This document shows positions 63,417-64,000 of a stretch of 64,000 nucleotides of DNA, in pieces. Source of the DNA: Eremomyces bilateralis CBS 781.70 (lineage: Eukaryota); assembly GCA_010015585.1 (NCBI GenBank), contig ML975149.1; one strand, written 5' to 3'. Within the stretch, counting starts at the first letter, position 1. Each line of letters opens with the position of its first letter. The translations under genes were made by a program, and so were the position numbers. The notes beneath the pieces are model-generated. The model searched no databases. It was not told the DNA's origin and saw nothing but the letters and a program-made list of their open reading frames with translations.

Positions 63417-64000
63417 TCAACTATCATCTTCTAGGAAGAACTGTGGGAGGGAAAAGGTCAGTGGTGAATCTACGGAGGTGGGTTCCCGAGAGTACTTACG
63501 TAGTTTCCGCCCAACTTCTGCTCCTGGTCCAACTGGCTGCCAGCCTTGTTGATCCGCGGGCGGTAGCTGGTCGGATCGCGGCGGAAGGTGACGTCGAGGT
63601 TCTTGAGGAACTTGTTGCAGCCCGTCAGGAGGCTCTCCGGGGTGTTGGCACGGGCCTTGATGGCCGGCTTCCCGTCGAACACGATGACGCGGTCAGCGAG
63701 GTAGGTGGCCATGATGAAATCGTGCTCGACGACGAAGGCGGTCTTCTTCGCGTGCATGATGAAGCGTTTGATGACGCGGGCGGCCACGATACGCTGCTCG
63801 GAGTCGAGGTAACTGCAAACTTGTTAGATAGGCAATCAATATAATCTGTGATGATACTTACGCGCTCGGTTCGTCGATGACGTAGATGTCGGCCGGCATT
63901 CCCAGTGCCAGAACGATGGCGACACGTTGCAATTCACCACCGGACAGATGCTGCACCTCCTGGTCGATGAAGTCGTCGATCTTCAGCGGCTTGTAGACAT
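63417..64000 (-). CDS. RLI1: ABCE1/Rli1 ribosome recycling ATPase, 3' part (runs off the window)
   Basis: [70 protein letters not shown] (TGA 63417-63419). Confidence 0.97.

Noticed and set aside
1..64000. tRNA, rRNA, snRNA, CRISPR or prokaryotic operon features
   Set aside because: None recognised by eye; spliceosomal introns show eukaryotic DNA. Small ncRNAs cannot be excluded without a covariance-model search.

Overview
Gene-dense, intron-containing genomic DNA of a filamentous ascomycete (Pezizomycotina; finer placement is not possible from sequence alone). Left: a small phenylacetate/homogentisate catabolic cluster (hmgA, fahA, CYP504 phacA), a decayed Ras pseudogene, a secreted carboxylesterase, and a dead pogo/Fot1 transposon with a nested Tc1-like element (DD39E spacing, non-TA flanks). 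The rest is mostly housekeeping genes: MARVEL protein, MFS transporter, VPS26, TCAB1-like WD40, TBC GAP, SprT protease, DUF202, RPA2, DBP10, a Zn2Cys6 factor behind a ~7 kb gene-poor stretch, DNAJC8, DBP4, MRP20, IML2, SEM1, PGK1, Mpv17/PMP22, TRS65, PRP40 and the 3' end of RLI1. Most interesting signals: (i) an ORF overlapping the RLI1/ABCE1 stop, reachable by a tandem splice acceptor or by reinitiation, followed by hairpins and a second ORF; (ii) PGK ending in SKL encoded across a GTAAGT donor; (iii) recurrent, gene-strand-independent C-rich to G-rich skew flips inside genes. Exon boundaries were read by eye; gene names come from motif recognition, not database searches.
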